64,000 bases of DNA from NCBI GenBank assembly GCA_964016885.1, contig OZ024741.1, positions 146,878,001-146,942,000 of the forward strand, written 5' to 3'. Each line of letters begins with the position of its first letter. The first letter of the stretch is position 1. Positions 11,236 to 24,808 of the stretch are shown here, in pieces. The notes below the pieces were generated by a model. That model was not told where the DNA came from. It did not search any database and was given only the letters and a program-made list of their open reading frames with translations. A program made the position numbers and the translations under genes. This DNA is from Eledone cirrhosa (Eukaryota).

Positions 11236-12061
11236 AGTCTTCTAAGCTATTTACAGCAATCAATTGTTATTTTCTGTATCAGATTTTCCTACATTTTCTC
11301 ATTTTCTAAGAACTTCAATCTCTCAGCTCTTCTGAAGTTCCAACTTTGCACACAATCTCGTTTAAAACCAAAGCTGTTTATTTAGTCTAATCTAGACGAA
11401 GGATGCTGTTAAGGTCGTTTAGATAAATGATTAGAACAGTCATCTTGTAGCTGAAATATATGAAATTTGATTCTGTGTAGCAATCATTGGCTACTTTTTT
11501 CCATCTATAAGGAGACTTTATCTGATTTTCTAAGACATTTATAGCAACCAAGTGTATATACAGTCCATAATCAACTGAAATAAGGATTATTGGATAAATC
11601 TACTGTTTGTAGAGGTTGGAAATTAATCTCCTTATTTCCATTCCTTCTGAGAGATAACTTTATGTCATCATATTCAGATTTAGCTGTTAATTTTACTTCT
11701 ATCACATATCTTCAGAATTAATTGATACCAGCTCTTGTTCTAAGAAACAAAGCCACCCTTTCTAAAGGTTTTCTATTTAAATTAAAATGTTCCAAGGTAA
11801 TTTTGTATAAGAACCATATAGGTTACCATTATAGTAATGAAATAATAATTTTAGTAAATCCTTCAAAATTCCTCACTGATTAGTTGAAATAGAGTGCATT
11901 TCATTATAATTACAGTCACAAAAGGGCCAAGAAATTTGTAACTTTTAAAAAGTAATCAAATTCATATATAATATTTGAACTATAAACCAGTGGAGCATGG
12001 GAAATTCAAAAAGAAAAAACATGAATATGTTTGATAGTTACTATATATATATATATATATA

Positions 12062-13860
12062 TATCATCATCATCATCATCATCATCATCGTTTAACGTCC
12101 ATGTTCCACGCTTGCATGGTTTGGACGGGAGTTTTCCCACTTGAGGCAAGAGTGGTTGTCTTGCTCGCATAGGACTGTCTGGCGGGTTTTCTACAGCTGG
12201 ATGCCCTTCCTAACACCAACCACATTTACAGTGTGGGGCTGGGAGGTTTTTATCGAGTTGCCTACACGGCCACATTACAGCGTGGACTGTGTTTTTTTGT
12301 CGTGACACCTACAAGATCTCATTTGTTTCGGCCTGGATGTTGTGGCACCAACATAACTTTACATTGAAAGGGGCGGTGTGGATGGGACGGGGGTGGTGGG
12401 ACGGGGGTGTATTTTGTTAGAGATGTCTACTGACTGTAGTAGGTTTTACTTTGTATTTAGGTAAGGCGGGTCTTCTCTATTACTGAGTACCGCCAAAGAT
12501 CTCGGTCCAGTGACATTGTCTTGGAGAGGTGTAAGTGTGTGAGGTTGGAATTTATCAGGTCGTCCCGGGTTTTTCTGGGTCTGCCTACTCCGTGGCTACC
12601 GTCTATCTTTATTGCCCTGCACTTTGTTATACAGCTATCGTCTTTCATGCGCATCACATGACCATACCATCGTAGCCTTCTCTCAAGTAAACAACATCTG
12701 ATCCCTCTTATTTCTAATTTTTCCCTTAGTTCGTTTATGCTTTGCCGTTCGCGTATATTACTATTACACATCCAGCAGAGCATGCAAGCTTCATTCCTCT
12801 CTAGTCTGCATATATCCTCTGCACACAATGCCCAGGTCTAACTGCCATGCAACAGTGCTGTTCATATGCAGGCATCATACAGCCTGCCTTTCATTTTTAG
12901 GGAGAACCCTTTAGCGGCTAATAGTGGTATAAGCTCTCTGAACTTTTTCGATCCAGTTCTGACTCTAGCTACTGTACTTTCAGAGCACCCTCCCCCACGG
13001 AAGCTGTCCACTATTTCTATAGAACCCTCTGCGCAGTTGAAAGGGCTAGTATTTGTGGGCACTTGCTGCTACTTATTGCACCAGAGCACCGGCCACATGT
13101 AAAATCTGTGTTCTTAGTTAGCTTACCTGTGATCCCACTACATCTTTTATGCACCCATATTTTGCATTTGGGACATAAAATGGAGTTTCTACCTACGCCT
13201 TTCCTACACACTGAGCATGGCCATTTCCCGGAAGGGACCGGCGCCTTATTTTCTTTCCTACAAACTAGAACTTTAGTCTTAGCCAAGTTAATTTTAAGGC
13301 CTTTTGATTCTAGGCCGTGCTTCCATGTTTGGAATTTCTTCTCTAGTACGGCCATTGATTCAGCTATGAGCGTTAGATCATTTGCATATAGGAGTTCCCA
13401 TGGGCAGGTCTTGAACTCCACTGTTATAGCCTGAAGGGCAATAATAAATAGTAGGGGGCTAAGAACAGAGCCCTGATGAACACCAACTTTTACGCTAAAC
13501 TCTTCACTATATTCGTTGTTAATTCTAACCTTGCTGACTGTTTCTTTATACATGGCTTGTATAGCTCTCACAAGCCATTCATCAACACCTAGTTTTCTAA
13601 GAGCCCACCAGATAATGGAACGGGAACTCTGTCGAAGGCTTTCTCCAAGTCGACAAAAGCTAAGTATAGGGGTTTACTTTTATCTAGGTACTTCTCCTGT
13701 AGTTGTCGTACAATGAAAAGAGTGTCTGTGGTACTTTTGCCTGATACAAACCCGAACTGCATTTCATCTAGATCAATTCTCTCTCTGATTAGTTGCGCTA
13801 TTACTTTTTCTGTCACCTTCATGACCTGGTCGATTAATTTAATGATTACTTTTTCCGTGA
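12062..13860 (-). mobile_element. RTE-clade LINE, 5'-truncated, decayed (copy A)
   Basis: AFVDLEKAFDRV, GVHQGSVLSPLLF, LLYANDL, RRLRWYGHVMRM, GRPRKT; (GAT)n tail at 12062-12089. Confidence 0.92.
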
Positions 13861-13871
13861 TATATATATAT

Positions 13872-14217
13872 ATCATCATCATCATCATCATTTCATTTTA
13901 CGTCCACTTTTCCCTGCTTGCAAGGGTGGGACGGGAACTGATTCTGGCTTGATTTCTACAGCTGGATGCCCTTCCTAACACCAACCTCATTTGCAGCGAG
14001 TGCTGGGTGCTTTTTTGCCATGGCACCTCCACAACCACTTTGCAGTGGAATGATAGGGACCCCTGTCCCTATCATCTCATTTCTACAGCTGAGTAAACTG
14101 GAGCAATGTGAAATAAAGTGTCTTGCTCAAGGAAACAACACATCACCCGGTCTGAGAATTGAACTCACAACCTTTCGATTGCAAGGCCAATGCTCTAACC
14201 ACTAAGCAATGTGCCTC
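13872..14217 (-). mobile_element. Composite SINE: tRNA head + CORE-like middle + RTE-derived tail
   Basis: Minus strand reads ggcacattgcttagtgg (A box), gagttcaattc (B box), ccttgagcaagacactttatttc (core), then the RTE 3' end and (GAT)n. Confidence 0.8.
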
Positions 14218-14847
14218 CATATATATATATTAGTGATAGCCAAGATACATTATCCAGATAAAAGCAAAAGAGTCTACTAAATTTTATTTAACAACAAATC
14301 TACACTAATCCCGTAGCAAAAAGATTTTATATTCATTGACCCAATCCATTTTGCTTAAATAAATACTATGGGTTACACAGCCCAACACAAAAATTTTAAT
14401 TTAGGAAACTAACAAACCTAATTTTTATCATTTTGTGCTCTGATCACACTAAGAAAATTATTAAGTTTGCATTATCCTCTATATAGTCCACACACCCACA
14501 CCAAGTCATTTTTATAGGTCATAACACTATATGACCCTCTACACAGCTTCAGATACTTCCACAATGCTGCTATGTGGTAAAACGTTAGTGATTTATTTAT
14601 TAATTACAAGAAATTATTATATATTGAATTTAATTGTGCAAATTTGTATAAAACTTTAATCCTTTGAGCTTCCGGGATGCATATCTCTGTGGTGTGTACC
14701 TTAGGTGGCTGCTTAGTTGGCCTAATGGTAGTGCCAGTCTAATGCTGCCTTCTAAAAATGTTTGATGGTATTTGTATATTCAAATGTTTATGAGACACTT
14801 TCAAAGTTTAATTCATACTTAATTTCAATATGATCATATCCAATATA

Positions 14848-15005
14848 TAGGCAGTAAATTGGCAGTATCATTAGAATATCGGATAGGAAGCTTTACTGTA
14901 TTTATTCTGATTCTCTGCACCCTAAGTTCAAAACCTGTAGAGATCAACTTGTATTTCATCCTTTCGAGGTTGATAAAAGAAATACTAGTCTAGTAAAGGG
15001 TCAAT
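14848..15005 (+). mobile_element. Meta-like SINE, decayed (others at 16480-16625, 31500-31700, 45355-45480, 48080-48285(-), 48420-48630(-))
   Basis: ttggcagtatc..aagttcaaa..tttcatcctttcgaggttgataaaa. Confidence 0.7.
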
Positions 15006-16735
15006 TCTCTCTCTCTTGCCCCTTCCCTAAAAGAAATTGACTGTGTTCAGACCTGGAACTGGGATGGGCTCTGCAATGTTTAAAATACCCAAGAAATTCT
15101 GTATGTCCCTACTGCACACCTACAACTCAATCAGGAGATACAGGTCCATAATGCATACATATCCAATATAGTAGACTGACAGCCTGTTTTAAGAATTCTT
15201 ATTTCAACACATTTTGAAAATGTTTTCAAAGTTTTCGTCACCATTAACTAGCTTTCCTATATTTGAATATGGTTGAGAAAAGTGAACAGCAGAACATATT
15301 ATTTAGTAATTAATTTATTCTTAATTCAATCATACTGTGATCTATGAAGGAGATAATTCCTTAGTAACACAATTATTGATAGGCCAACTGATTCCAACTC
15401 TTTTCAAAGGCTAACTTAATCAGACACCTAACCAATATTTACACAGATAGCTTCAATTCTATTTGGGCTACCTATTCTCTTATCTATTTATTGATTAAGG
15501 ATATATGAAGATAAATGATAATTCAATGCATGAATAGATCCCCTATGATAACTTTTCTTTTATTTTGGAATTGTACTTGTCTGGCAAGTGACAAAGTCTG
15601 AGACTGTTTGTAGCAACTAAAACAAATACTGTATGGAAGAGTCACTTTAGTCATTTAAAACCTCAAAAACTGTTTACTTTAAATATATATTTTATTTCCT
15701 TGTGTTAAAATTTTCATCGTACTATCTGTGACCTAGCCACTGTAACTTTGGTCACAGTACCTACACAAAAAGAGAATCTGTTATATTTTTGTGAATATAA
15801 TTCTATAACCAATCATACCACCTTGTTCATTTGTGATATTCTACAAACATTTTTGCAGAGGAATATTTTGTAATAAATACTATCCGGTTCTCTGCCAAAA
15901 GTATGCCTACTCCACCTTACCCAGTAAATCTAAAACTCTGAGTATTGATACACTGGTTTGCTGCAAGATCTGATTAGATTTACAGTGGAAGAGCAAGATT
16001 CAAATTCAAAATGTGAAAAATACAAATTGAAATTCATAATAAATTGTATACATAACTGTCAAAGTGGCAAACAACTAAACTAAGTACCTATTTGTATTTC
16101 TACTTTTGATAGACTTTATACTTAAATTTGAAAATTCATTCAAAAGAATTATTTATACATATTCTTCTCCTTTAGTTCTTCTGTTTCCTTTCCACATTTC
16201 TGTAGCAATTCTGATTTATGGAAGTAGATTGCTAGTCCCCTGGTCCACTCCCCTCCCTTCTCAATTTAGATAGTAATATTTGATAAAATAAAGCAATGAG
16301 AAAAAATTGAAATACAACTTATCTTAAAATCTGATGTTCCAATTAAGTTATATACATTCAATTCTTAGTTACTTGTTCAAAAGTGCACCATGTGTAAAAA
16401 AAAAGTTTGTGAACCTAACCTATAATTACTATCTATCTAAGTATGTGTTTTTTGTCCAGGCTATTCAATTTTGTATGAGCAATGAACTGGCAGAGCCATT
16501 AGAACAACAGATAGAATGCTTTGCAGTATCCGTTCTGGCTCTCTGCACTCTTTGTTCAAATCCTGCCATGGTCAACTTTACCTTCCATTCCTTTGAAAAG
16601 GATAAATAAAATACCAGTACTGGTAGATTTTTCATTTATATCCATTTTTCACTTCCTCTCTTTCACTCTCTTTCCTTCTCTGGAAGAAACTGGTTTTGTT
16701 TCCACCTGGAGAGGAGAGGATGGGTTCTGCTGCGT

Positions 16736-16946
16736 TTAACCCTTTAGCATTTACATTACTCTATATTTACAATTGTATTTTCACAGTAAAGGCTTTACCT
16801 CATATAATTATCTCACATAATATCAAATCTATGAGATTTTGATATTATTTATAATTTACCTTAACGTTGGTATGAGTGGACAGTTACAGCCAGTTTGAAC
16901 AGAAAGAGGTGAGAGAATTCTGGCCAGATACAGCTGGTTTAAATGA
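16736..16946 (-). mobile_element. piggyBac-like MITE, family B (reverse copy of 50702-50922, one end eroded)
   Basis: Starts ttaaccctttagcattta; body is the reverse complement of 50702-50922. Confidence 0.75.
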
Positions 16947-17483
16947 TTTATCTCTACAGTTCCATTAAAAGTTATGGGTCCATACATACATTCTATTTTG
17001 TACATCACATGACTAAAAATAATTTACTTCTCATGTAAATTGATTTGAGTGTGTATGTGTGTAGCATTTCTCTGACTACTATTGGATGTTACAAAAGCAC
17101 TTTCATGGTTAAATTTTTGACAGAGCTATCTTGGTGTCAAATTTATATCAGTCAGCATCGTACACACACAGTTTCCAAATGTCACTTGTTCAGGAATTTT
17201 CTTTTCTGCATAGTATTTGCTCTTACAAACACATCTTGCTTAGAATGAGTAACACCTCTAACACACTGTGATTCAGAATAAAGATGTATGATGTGTACAA
17301 TGTATCTATATATAATAAGTTTACAGTTCACTAACAATATAGAATTGTTATTTTATGTGAAATGTTTAAATAATACAAATATAAACATATCTGAACTCTA
17401 TTACATGTTTGAGGCACCTGTTTTATAATGTACAGAATTAGTAATCTTACTCTCTCCCATATATGTGTGTGTGTGTGTGTATG

Positions 17484-19055
17484 ATTATGGACTGGGTAAA
17501 ACTAGATGAGATGCAGTTTGAGTTTGTGCCAGGAAAAAGCACCACTGAGGCAGTTACATGAAAATTATCTAGCTAAAATGTAAGCCATTCTATCTGGCAT
17601 TTGTCGATCTGGAAAAAGCCTTCGACAGAGAACCCTGTGCTATAATCAGGTGGGCTCTTAGAAAACTAGGAGTAGATGAATGGCTTGTGAAAGCTGTACA
17701 AGCCATGTATAGGGGAGCAGTCAGCAAAGTTAGGGTTAACAATGACTATAGCAAGTAATTTGGCATACAGGTTGGTGTCCTCCAGGGCTCTGTTCTTAGC
17801 CTTCTCCTGTTTATTATAGTATTGCAGGCTATAACAGAAGAGTTTAAAACCGGATGTCCATGGGAACTTCTGTACATGGATGATCTTACACTTATAGTTG
17901 AATCTATGGCAGAATTAGAGAAGAAATTCCAAATATGGAAGCAGGGAATATAAAGAAAGGACCTCAAAGTCAACCTGATAAAGACTAAGGTCTTCGCAAG
18001 TAGACGAAAAAACAGAACCCAGATCCCCTCAGGGAATGGCCTTGCTCAGTATGTAGAAAAGGTGTATGTAGGAATTCCATCCTCTGCTCCAAAAGCAAAC
18101 TATGAGTACACAAGAGATGTAGAGAGATCTCAGGAAGCTTAGTTAAGAATGTAGGTTTTACATGTAGCAGCTGCACTGGGACAATATGCAGAAAACAGCC
18201 ACAGAAAACAGCACTACCAAACTCTGGGAGGGCTCTGTAGAAACAGTAGACAGCTTCTGCTACCTGGGTAACCAAATTAGCAACAGAGGTGGGTGTTCTG
18301 AATGTACAGTAACCAGGGTAAGAACGGGATGGAAGAAGTTCAGGTAGCTACTACCACTGCTAGATGAAAAAGGCTTTTCCCTCAAAATGAAAGGCAGACT
18401 GTATGATGTGTGTATACGAACAGCAATGTTACATGGTAATGAGACCTGGGCGCTGTGTGTAGAAAACTTGCATAGTATAGAAAGAAACGAAGCGTGCATG
18501 TTCCGATGGATGTGTAATAGTAATATACGTGAACAGCAAAGCATAAACGAATTGAGAGAGAGACTGAGCATAAGAGGAATCAAATGCTGTGTGCAGATGA
18601 GGAGGTTGCATTGATATGGACATGTGATGCGTATGAAGGATGACAGCTGCATAAAAAGGTGCATAGCACTAGAAGTCGATGCAAGCCACGGAGTGGGGAG
18701 ACCCAGGAAGACCTGGGATGAGGTGATAAAAGCCGACCTTACCCAATTACACCTCTCAAGGGCGATGACATATGGCAGTGACCTCTGGCGTTACGCAGTA
18801 ATGCAGAAGAAGCTGAAGCATATAGACAATATGCCCCCAACCCCTCCCACTGCAAAATGGTCATGTAGGCGCCATGGTAAAAAGCACCCAGCTCTAACTG
18901 TAAATGAGGTTGGTGTTAGGAAGGGCATCCAGCTGTAGAAATCAAGCCAAAATCAGTTCCCATATGAGCATGACATGGTCACCCAACCTGGCATTGCCTA
19001 CAACCCATCTAACCCATGCTAGCATGGAAGAATGGACGTAAAACAGTGATGATGA
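17484..19055 (+). mobile_element. RTE LINE, decayed (copy B)
   Basis: Homologous to copy A throughout; KGRLYD, GRPRKTW; (GAT)n tail. Confidence 0.92.
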
Positions 19056-19710
19056 TATATATATATTTTTTTTTTTTTTATTTACATAGAGAGAGAAAGA
19101 GAGTACCACAAATAAGATAATTCTGTTATAATCATTGTATTAGAAGAAAGAAATCTTATTGAAAAGAGAACAGAAAACAATATACGTCTGTCTGTGTATG
19201 TATGTGTCTATGTGTCTATGTATCCATGCATGTGTGAGTGTATGTATATATACACAGTGACTAATAGTAAGAGCACAAATCAACCAATGAAAGATATCAC
19301 ATTCTTTTGTTCATTCATTGTCTCTCTGAAGTGTGAAACTCAAATGGATGTTGTCCAGTGGACAGTAATGTTACTCTACAGGATAGTGAGAGAGATGCTC
19401 TGAAACAGCCTTTCCAACTATATATATATTACTTATAAACAGGTGTTTTTTGAAAGTATAAATTAGTGTTTTGTGGCAACCCTTAATCATATGTTACATG
19501 TTTGTCTAGAACAGAGAAGAATTGTCATATAACTTAGCTCAGCAATCATGTAAGATAGGGCAATATATGATTTAATCATATCATATATCATGTTTTGGTG
19601 AGTTAAAGTCTGACATCATTGTAGGATGTCATAATTTAATTTCTTCGCAGTTACATTTATCTTTGTGCATATTATTCTATTGTCATTTTCATCAACATTA
19701 ATTTTATTTA

Positions 19711-19750
<40 letters not shown>
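19711..19750. repeat. (TAC)n microsatellite
   Basis: Directly visible. Confidence 0.95.
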
Positions 19751-20128
19751 GTTACTCTCTGATTCTTCATTTCAGTAATATCCATCTATCAGGCCAGGAC
19801 AGTAAATTCTCCTCTGACATTATTGATAGTTTAATATCTCCATATCTACTGACATAACTAACTCAATTCTACTCCTTTCTTCATCTCAATTGTGTTTTAC
19901 CCCTAAACCTAACTATAATCCTGTCATTTGAACCCTTTTACCCTCACTTGCATAAATCTGAAATGTTCTATTCATCAGTGATTTTGTTGGGAGTAGGTGG
20001 GTCACAACCTCTGACACTTAGAACTCTTCACTGAACATATAACTAAAACTTGACCAGCTGTTCTCATCTTCCCATGGTAGACAAGCTATGTATGTCTGCC
20101 CTCTTTTCTTCCTCTTCTTTCGGCTTTA

Positions 20129-20389
20129 CTAACCCTTTTGATACCAAACTACATGAAACTGCTCTTGGTTCAATGATACTAAACTGTTTATATTTATCTA
20201 AAAACCTTTTATCATAATTTTATGCAAGAACTTTTGTTAGGTTATGTTAAGTTATGTTCCAAATACTAGCTTAATAATAAGAAAGTTAGTTATATTACTT
20301 AATTTTTTCACATTATTAAATATTTTCAAAATGATTTGAAAATTATAAGCAAAGTCTTTCAAAGGAAGAATGGTAATGAAAGTGTTAAA
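20129..20389 (+). mobile_element. MITE family A
   Basis: taacccttttgatacc...aaagtgttaa. Confidence 0.7.
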
Positions 20390-21469
20390 TTAAGAAGTAA
20401 CTGCTGCATGAGAACATATGAAATCTCTTTATGGAAAATAATTTTTTTTTATATACTTCTACATTGAAGAAATTATGTCTCAACATTTGAAAATGGGTTA
20501 GTAAAACCTATGATTTCATGGTATAAAGCTAGAAATAGTTACAAGAGAAATGATAATGTTTTACAGGAATAGCCTTTTTTCAATGATATAAAGGGTCTCT
20601 ATCAATCTAAGATGGCAGGAAATTTCTTAAACCGGAATGTTACACACTGGGATCTGAAACAGCCTTATAATATGTAGAAATAATGCACTACAATTGTAAA
20701 CTGAAGTGGGTTTCACTAAGAATTGAAACTGTTTGTTAACCTGAATTCCTTGGCATTTATCTCTTGCTCTACAGTACTTCACCACCATCATGAAGTTTTA
20801 AGTCCAATTACACTACATGGCATCTCAGGCAAATGCCTTGGATTGACCCATGCCTTGTAATTGAAATTTATAAGACATAAATTGTATGGAATCCCATTGG
20901 ATTAATTGTACATGTAATTGCAAGTGCAAGCCTTGTCACATATTGTGTTGTGATGATTTAGCTTGGGGATTACATTAAGGCTAGATGTATCTGCAATATT
21001 GTACCAGTTACAATTCATGAGCTAGATGTTCAGTCGATAGATCAACTGGATGCTCATTGTTGAAATCGATGGAGGCTACATCAGGAATCACAGTACTAGA
21101 TTTTTTTTGTCATATTTTCCTAAAGAAAAGTCAACGATAATAATAAATGAAAATGTTTTACTTCAAATAACAAATTAATGATATTAATATTGAGTATTTT
21201 TTACATGCTAGACATGTTTGCCTCATTTTAAAGAATGATATTTGCTGAGTAGACAATATGAAGTATAGTAAACAGTTATGAGATGAATCATAAATGTGTT
21301 GTATTTAAATTTACCATGTGACCACATCAGTATAGACATTGATAGAAGAGTCTAGAAGTTGTGCAAGAAGGAAACAATATATCACGCAATGATAATTCAA
21401 TTTTCAGCTACAGTTTGTTGGATTAACTACAAGATGCATCAACTAGAATATTTGCTGCTGATACAGACT

Positions 21470-21782
21470 GTACCATTCTAATCGAATACCAACAATTCTT
21501 ACATTCTAACAACATATGTTAGTATAATTCTAACATTCTCTGATCATATATTTGTTCAATTCTTATATTCAGTTCAATTTTTATATTCTACGAACATAAA
21601 CTAGTTCAGTTATTACATTCCAGGATCATATACCAGTTTGAGTCTTACATGCTAACAACATACGTTAGTACAACTCCTACATTCTAACATGTTAATACAG
21701 TTCTAACATTCTAAGATCATATACTTGTTCAATTTTTACATTCTAACAATATATATACTAATTCAAGTCTTACATTCTAATA
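21470..21782. repeat. Degenerate ~30-bp minisatellite
   Basis: About 10 units resembling ttcttacattctaacaacatatactagttcaa. Confidence 0.8.
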
Positions 21783-23311
21783 ATTAGCATCTTTGCTTGC
21801 ATGTAAATAGTTTAAAGGACCACACCAGCATTTCCTGCTGTAGTGTACAAATGAGGGGCCCACAACCATCCACCATAATGTTATGAGTGTCCTGGCCTGC
21901 TTCAAAATTATTTAGAGAGCAACATCAGCATTCCCTGTTGTAGTATGTCATTAGGCGGGCATGACTTCCATCTTTTTTTTCTTTGACTCATTTTTATTGA
22001 TTTGTTTCTTTTGTTTTATTTGTGGATGTAAGTAATGTGATATATCAATAGTCTTTTTTATTAACAGTGAACATTTTGAGACTGTGTATATTAGAGATCA
22101 TATGTACATATACTATGTAGTGCTTAGGAGCTGTTTATGTCATTGCGACAAACATCTTTGCTTGTTTAGTCAATAAGATGCCAGGTTACTGGTTGTTTCA
22201 CCAGTTGTACATATCTTGTCTTCTTGACATTAAGTCTATAACCAAAGTAACTCACCCATTCAAAGTGCTCTATTCCAGTAAGAAATAGACACTATGAAAA
22301 GGTATATTTTACTTTTTCAAATAAAGGGGAGACTGTATAACCTGATGTACCACATGAAACCACATTAGTAAGGCATTCTTGAAAAGTACAATACTACTGA
22401 TATGACTGCATCATATCAACAATTTTGTCTTTACTCTAATACTGCAAAGTTTCACAACAATCTGTCCACTAGTAAAGATACTATAAAAATGTGAATAAAG
22501 AAACCCATTTTACAATTTTTTTTTTTTTTTTTTTTTTTGTTCATCATTGCAAGATGGTAAGAGTTAGTTAGCTCACATTGAAGAGTTTGAACAAATGAAA
22601 ACTATATAAGTTTGGATAGAAATGTATTTTTATCAGGAGCACTTGTGACAGTAGTAAATATTTAATGGTCTTTATACAACCCTATAATTTAGAGAAATTT
22701 ACATCAAGATAATGGTTATTTCATAAGCTAGAACATTGTATGTATGTGACTTGTAAATTATAGCTGCTAATTTCCTTAGTCATCTATTTAATAAAATGTT
22801 TTCAAGCCTCCAGAGAATGCAGAGAATGACTATTAACTGATATGCTCATTATCATAACAAGGCTAACAAATGAAACCTTAGTTGATTCTTCAGAATATAT
22901 ATAGTACAGTTTCTAGTAACCATTTGTTAATAAATGATGACTTCACTTGTACTGATGAAAGTGAAGGTAAAGATATTGTTATGGGCATTGCCAATGAAAA
23001 GTAGGTGAACTATAGCATATCTTGATATATAGTTGTTAACATCATAAAGTTATGTGTGAGTCTGTGTTTGTGTGTGTACATGGTTATATAATATTTAGAA
23101 GTTTCCAGAAATAATGGCTCTTGTTCGATGTTATGACTTTATAGATAAGCAATATTAAATGATTAAAATGTAAAAGTTGCTGCTCATCATTCTCAATATT
23201 TGATATCTATATAAATCCAGCAATACACAGCTCTAAAGAAAAGTATTGGTGCTGACAACTGAGCAGTTCAGTTCTTGATGCTATTGTTGCTGTGTCATAA
23301 TTTTATGCAAT

Positions 23312-23530
23312 TTAACTGTTAACATCTTGTACCGTATAAAACTACATTAGCAAGATATTGTTGAAATCTACAAATCAGCACTATGACTGCATCACACTCA
23401 AAATTTGTTACTCTAATACTGCAAATTTTTACAGAGATATGTCCACTAATGAAGATACTATAAACGTTTGACTAAACAAACCCATTTAAAAATATTCTTT
23501 ACTAAATCATTATATTATTTTAAGGGTTAA
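23312..23530 (+). mobile_element. piggyBac-like MITE, family C (others at 22330-22568, 53214-53423(-), 53831-54606(-))
   Basis: ttaactgttaacatc...taagggttaa with TTAA at both ends; shared tatgactgcatca..tactctaatactgcaaa..gtccacta. Confidence 0.75.
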
Positions 23531-24421
23531 ATATGTTACAGAGAGACTAAACTCTTGGTTATCTTGATACAGGATCTTTTAGGAATAATACTCATAAATA
23601 CATCAGTTATCTCACTCAAAGCCCACTAGGAGACTTTAAGCCAACATTACAAAATAACAAATTATATATATAGTGTAGTGGATTCAGTGGATTACTGGTG
23701 GTGGCACCAAAGTGAACACTCTATGGCACAGGCAGAATACCTGCTACTGTCCCTCTCACTTTCATATATATACAAAAGAGTGACAGTAAGAGGTATTCTG
23801 CAATTATCATAAAACCTACTTGGTGTGGTAGGAATGCAAGTGTGAGACAGTTCCACCACAGTATAAGCACTTATACTTCATGGCTTTAGCTTCGGGGATG
23901 CTGGAAACCAACATTAGTTGAATAAGAATACTTCTGTTTAAGCTAATGAATTCTACATGACACTGGTATCAAATTGCAGCTAAGTGGACTGAGCTTAAAA
24001 TAGCCAAGTGTGTTGGCTGTAGATACAGTACCCCACCAAATATGTTGTCAGTCTTTTGTGTTCAGGTGAAGGAGAGAGCTTCAGAACACTGAGTGGGTCC
24101 TATAATTTTCAATACTTCTAAAGCAGAGTTACAGAATAAACATATCATCATAAACCTATAGGTGAACTACTGAAAAGAAGAGGGTCAGTGCCACCCAGTC
24201 CCCCCCCCCCCTCTGCAGGGCCTGTACTACACTACTTACAATATATAAACCATCAATCATTTATTCTACTAACTGGTCAATGTGATAATCTGCAGTTAGC
24301 TTCAGTTATTTACAGTATCGCAATAGCATTTTCTGTTTAAAAATAAAGCATTAACTGAGATATACTGAAAACGTATATCTTGATATATGACAATCAATAA
24401 AATATAAAATTTAAAACTTAC

Positions 24422-24545
24422 TTGCTTTTGATAATATCACCAGTCTATCTCAAGATATCCAGGTTTACATAAAAATGGTAATCCACCTAGATAAATAAAC
24501 ATAGCCAGCATGACTTACCTGCAAAAACAGAAAAAATGGAAATGT
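24422..24545 (-). other. Candidate recursive splice site / non-coding exon of a minus-strand host gene
   Basis: Minus strand tccattttttctgtttttgcAG|GTAAGT (AG 24520-24519). A second donor caa|GTAAGT at 24421 defines a 97-nt exon with stops in all three frames; no repeat homology recognised. Confidence 0.6.
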
Positions 24546-24808
24546 TTTATTATAGATGAAACATTAAAATATGAATGTATATATGTATATATATATACAT
24601 ACTACTGTACGTCTGTATACATATATGTATGTACGTGTACATACTTATTATTATTTATATTAAAATATTCTTATATATGATATGAGCATCTCAAATTTAC
24701 ATTTTATCTTGTCTTTGGGACAGACAAACTTAGAAGTACGGATGTGCAGTCATACGCATTTATATATATACATATAATGATTGTTGTCATGCTGCCAATA
24801 AAACCACA

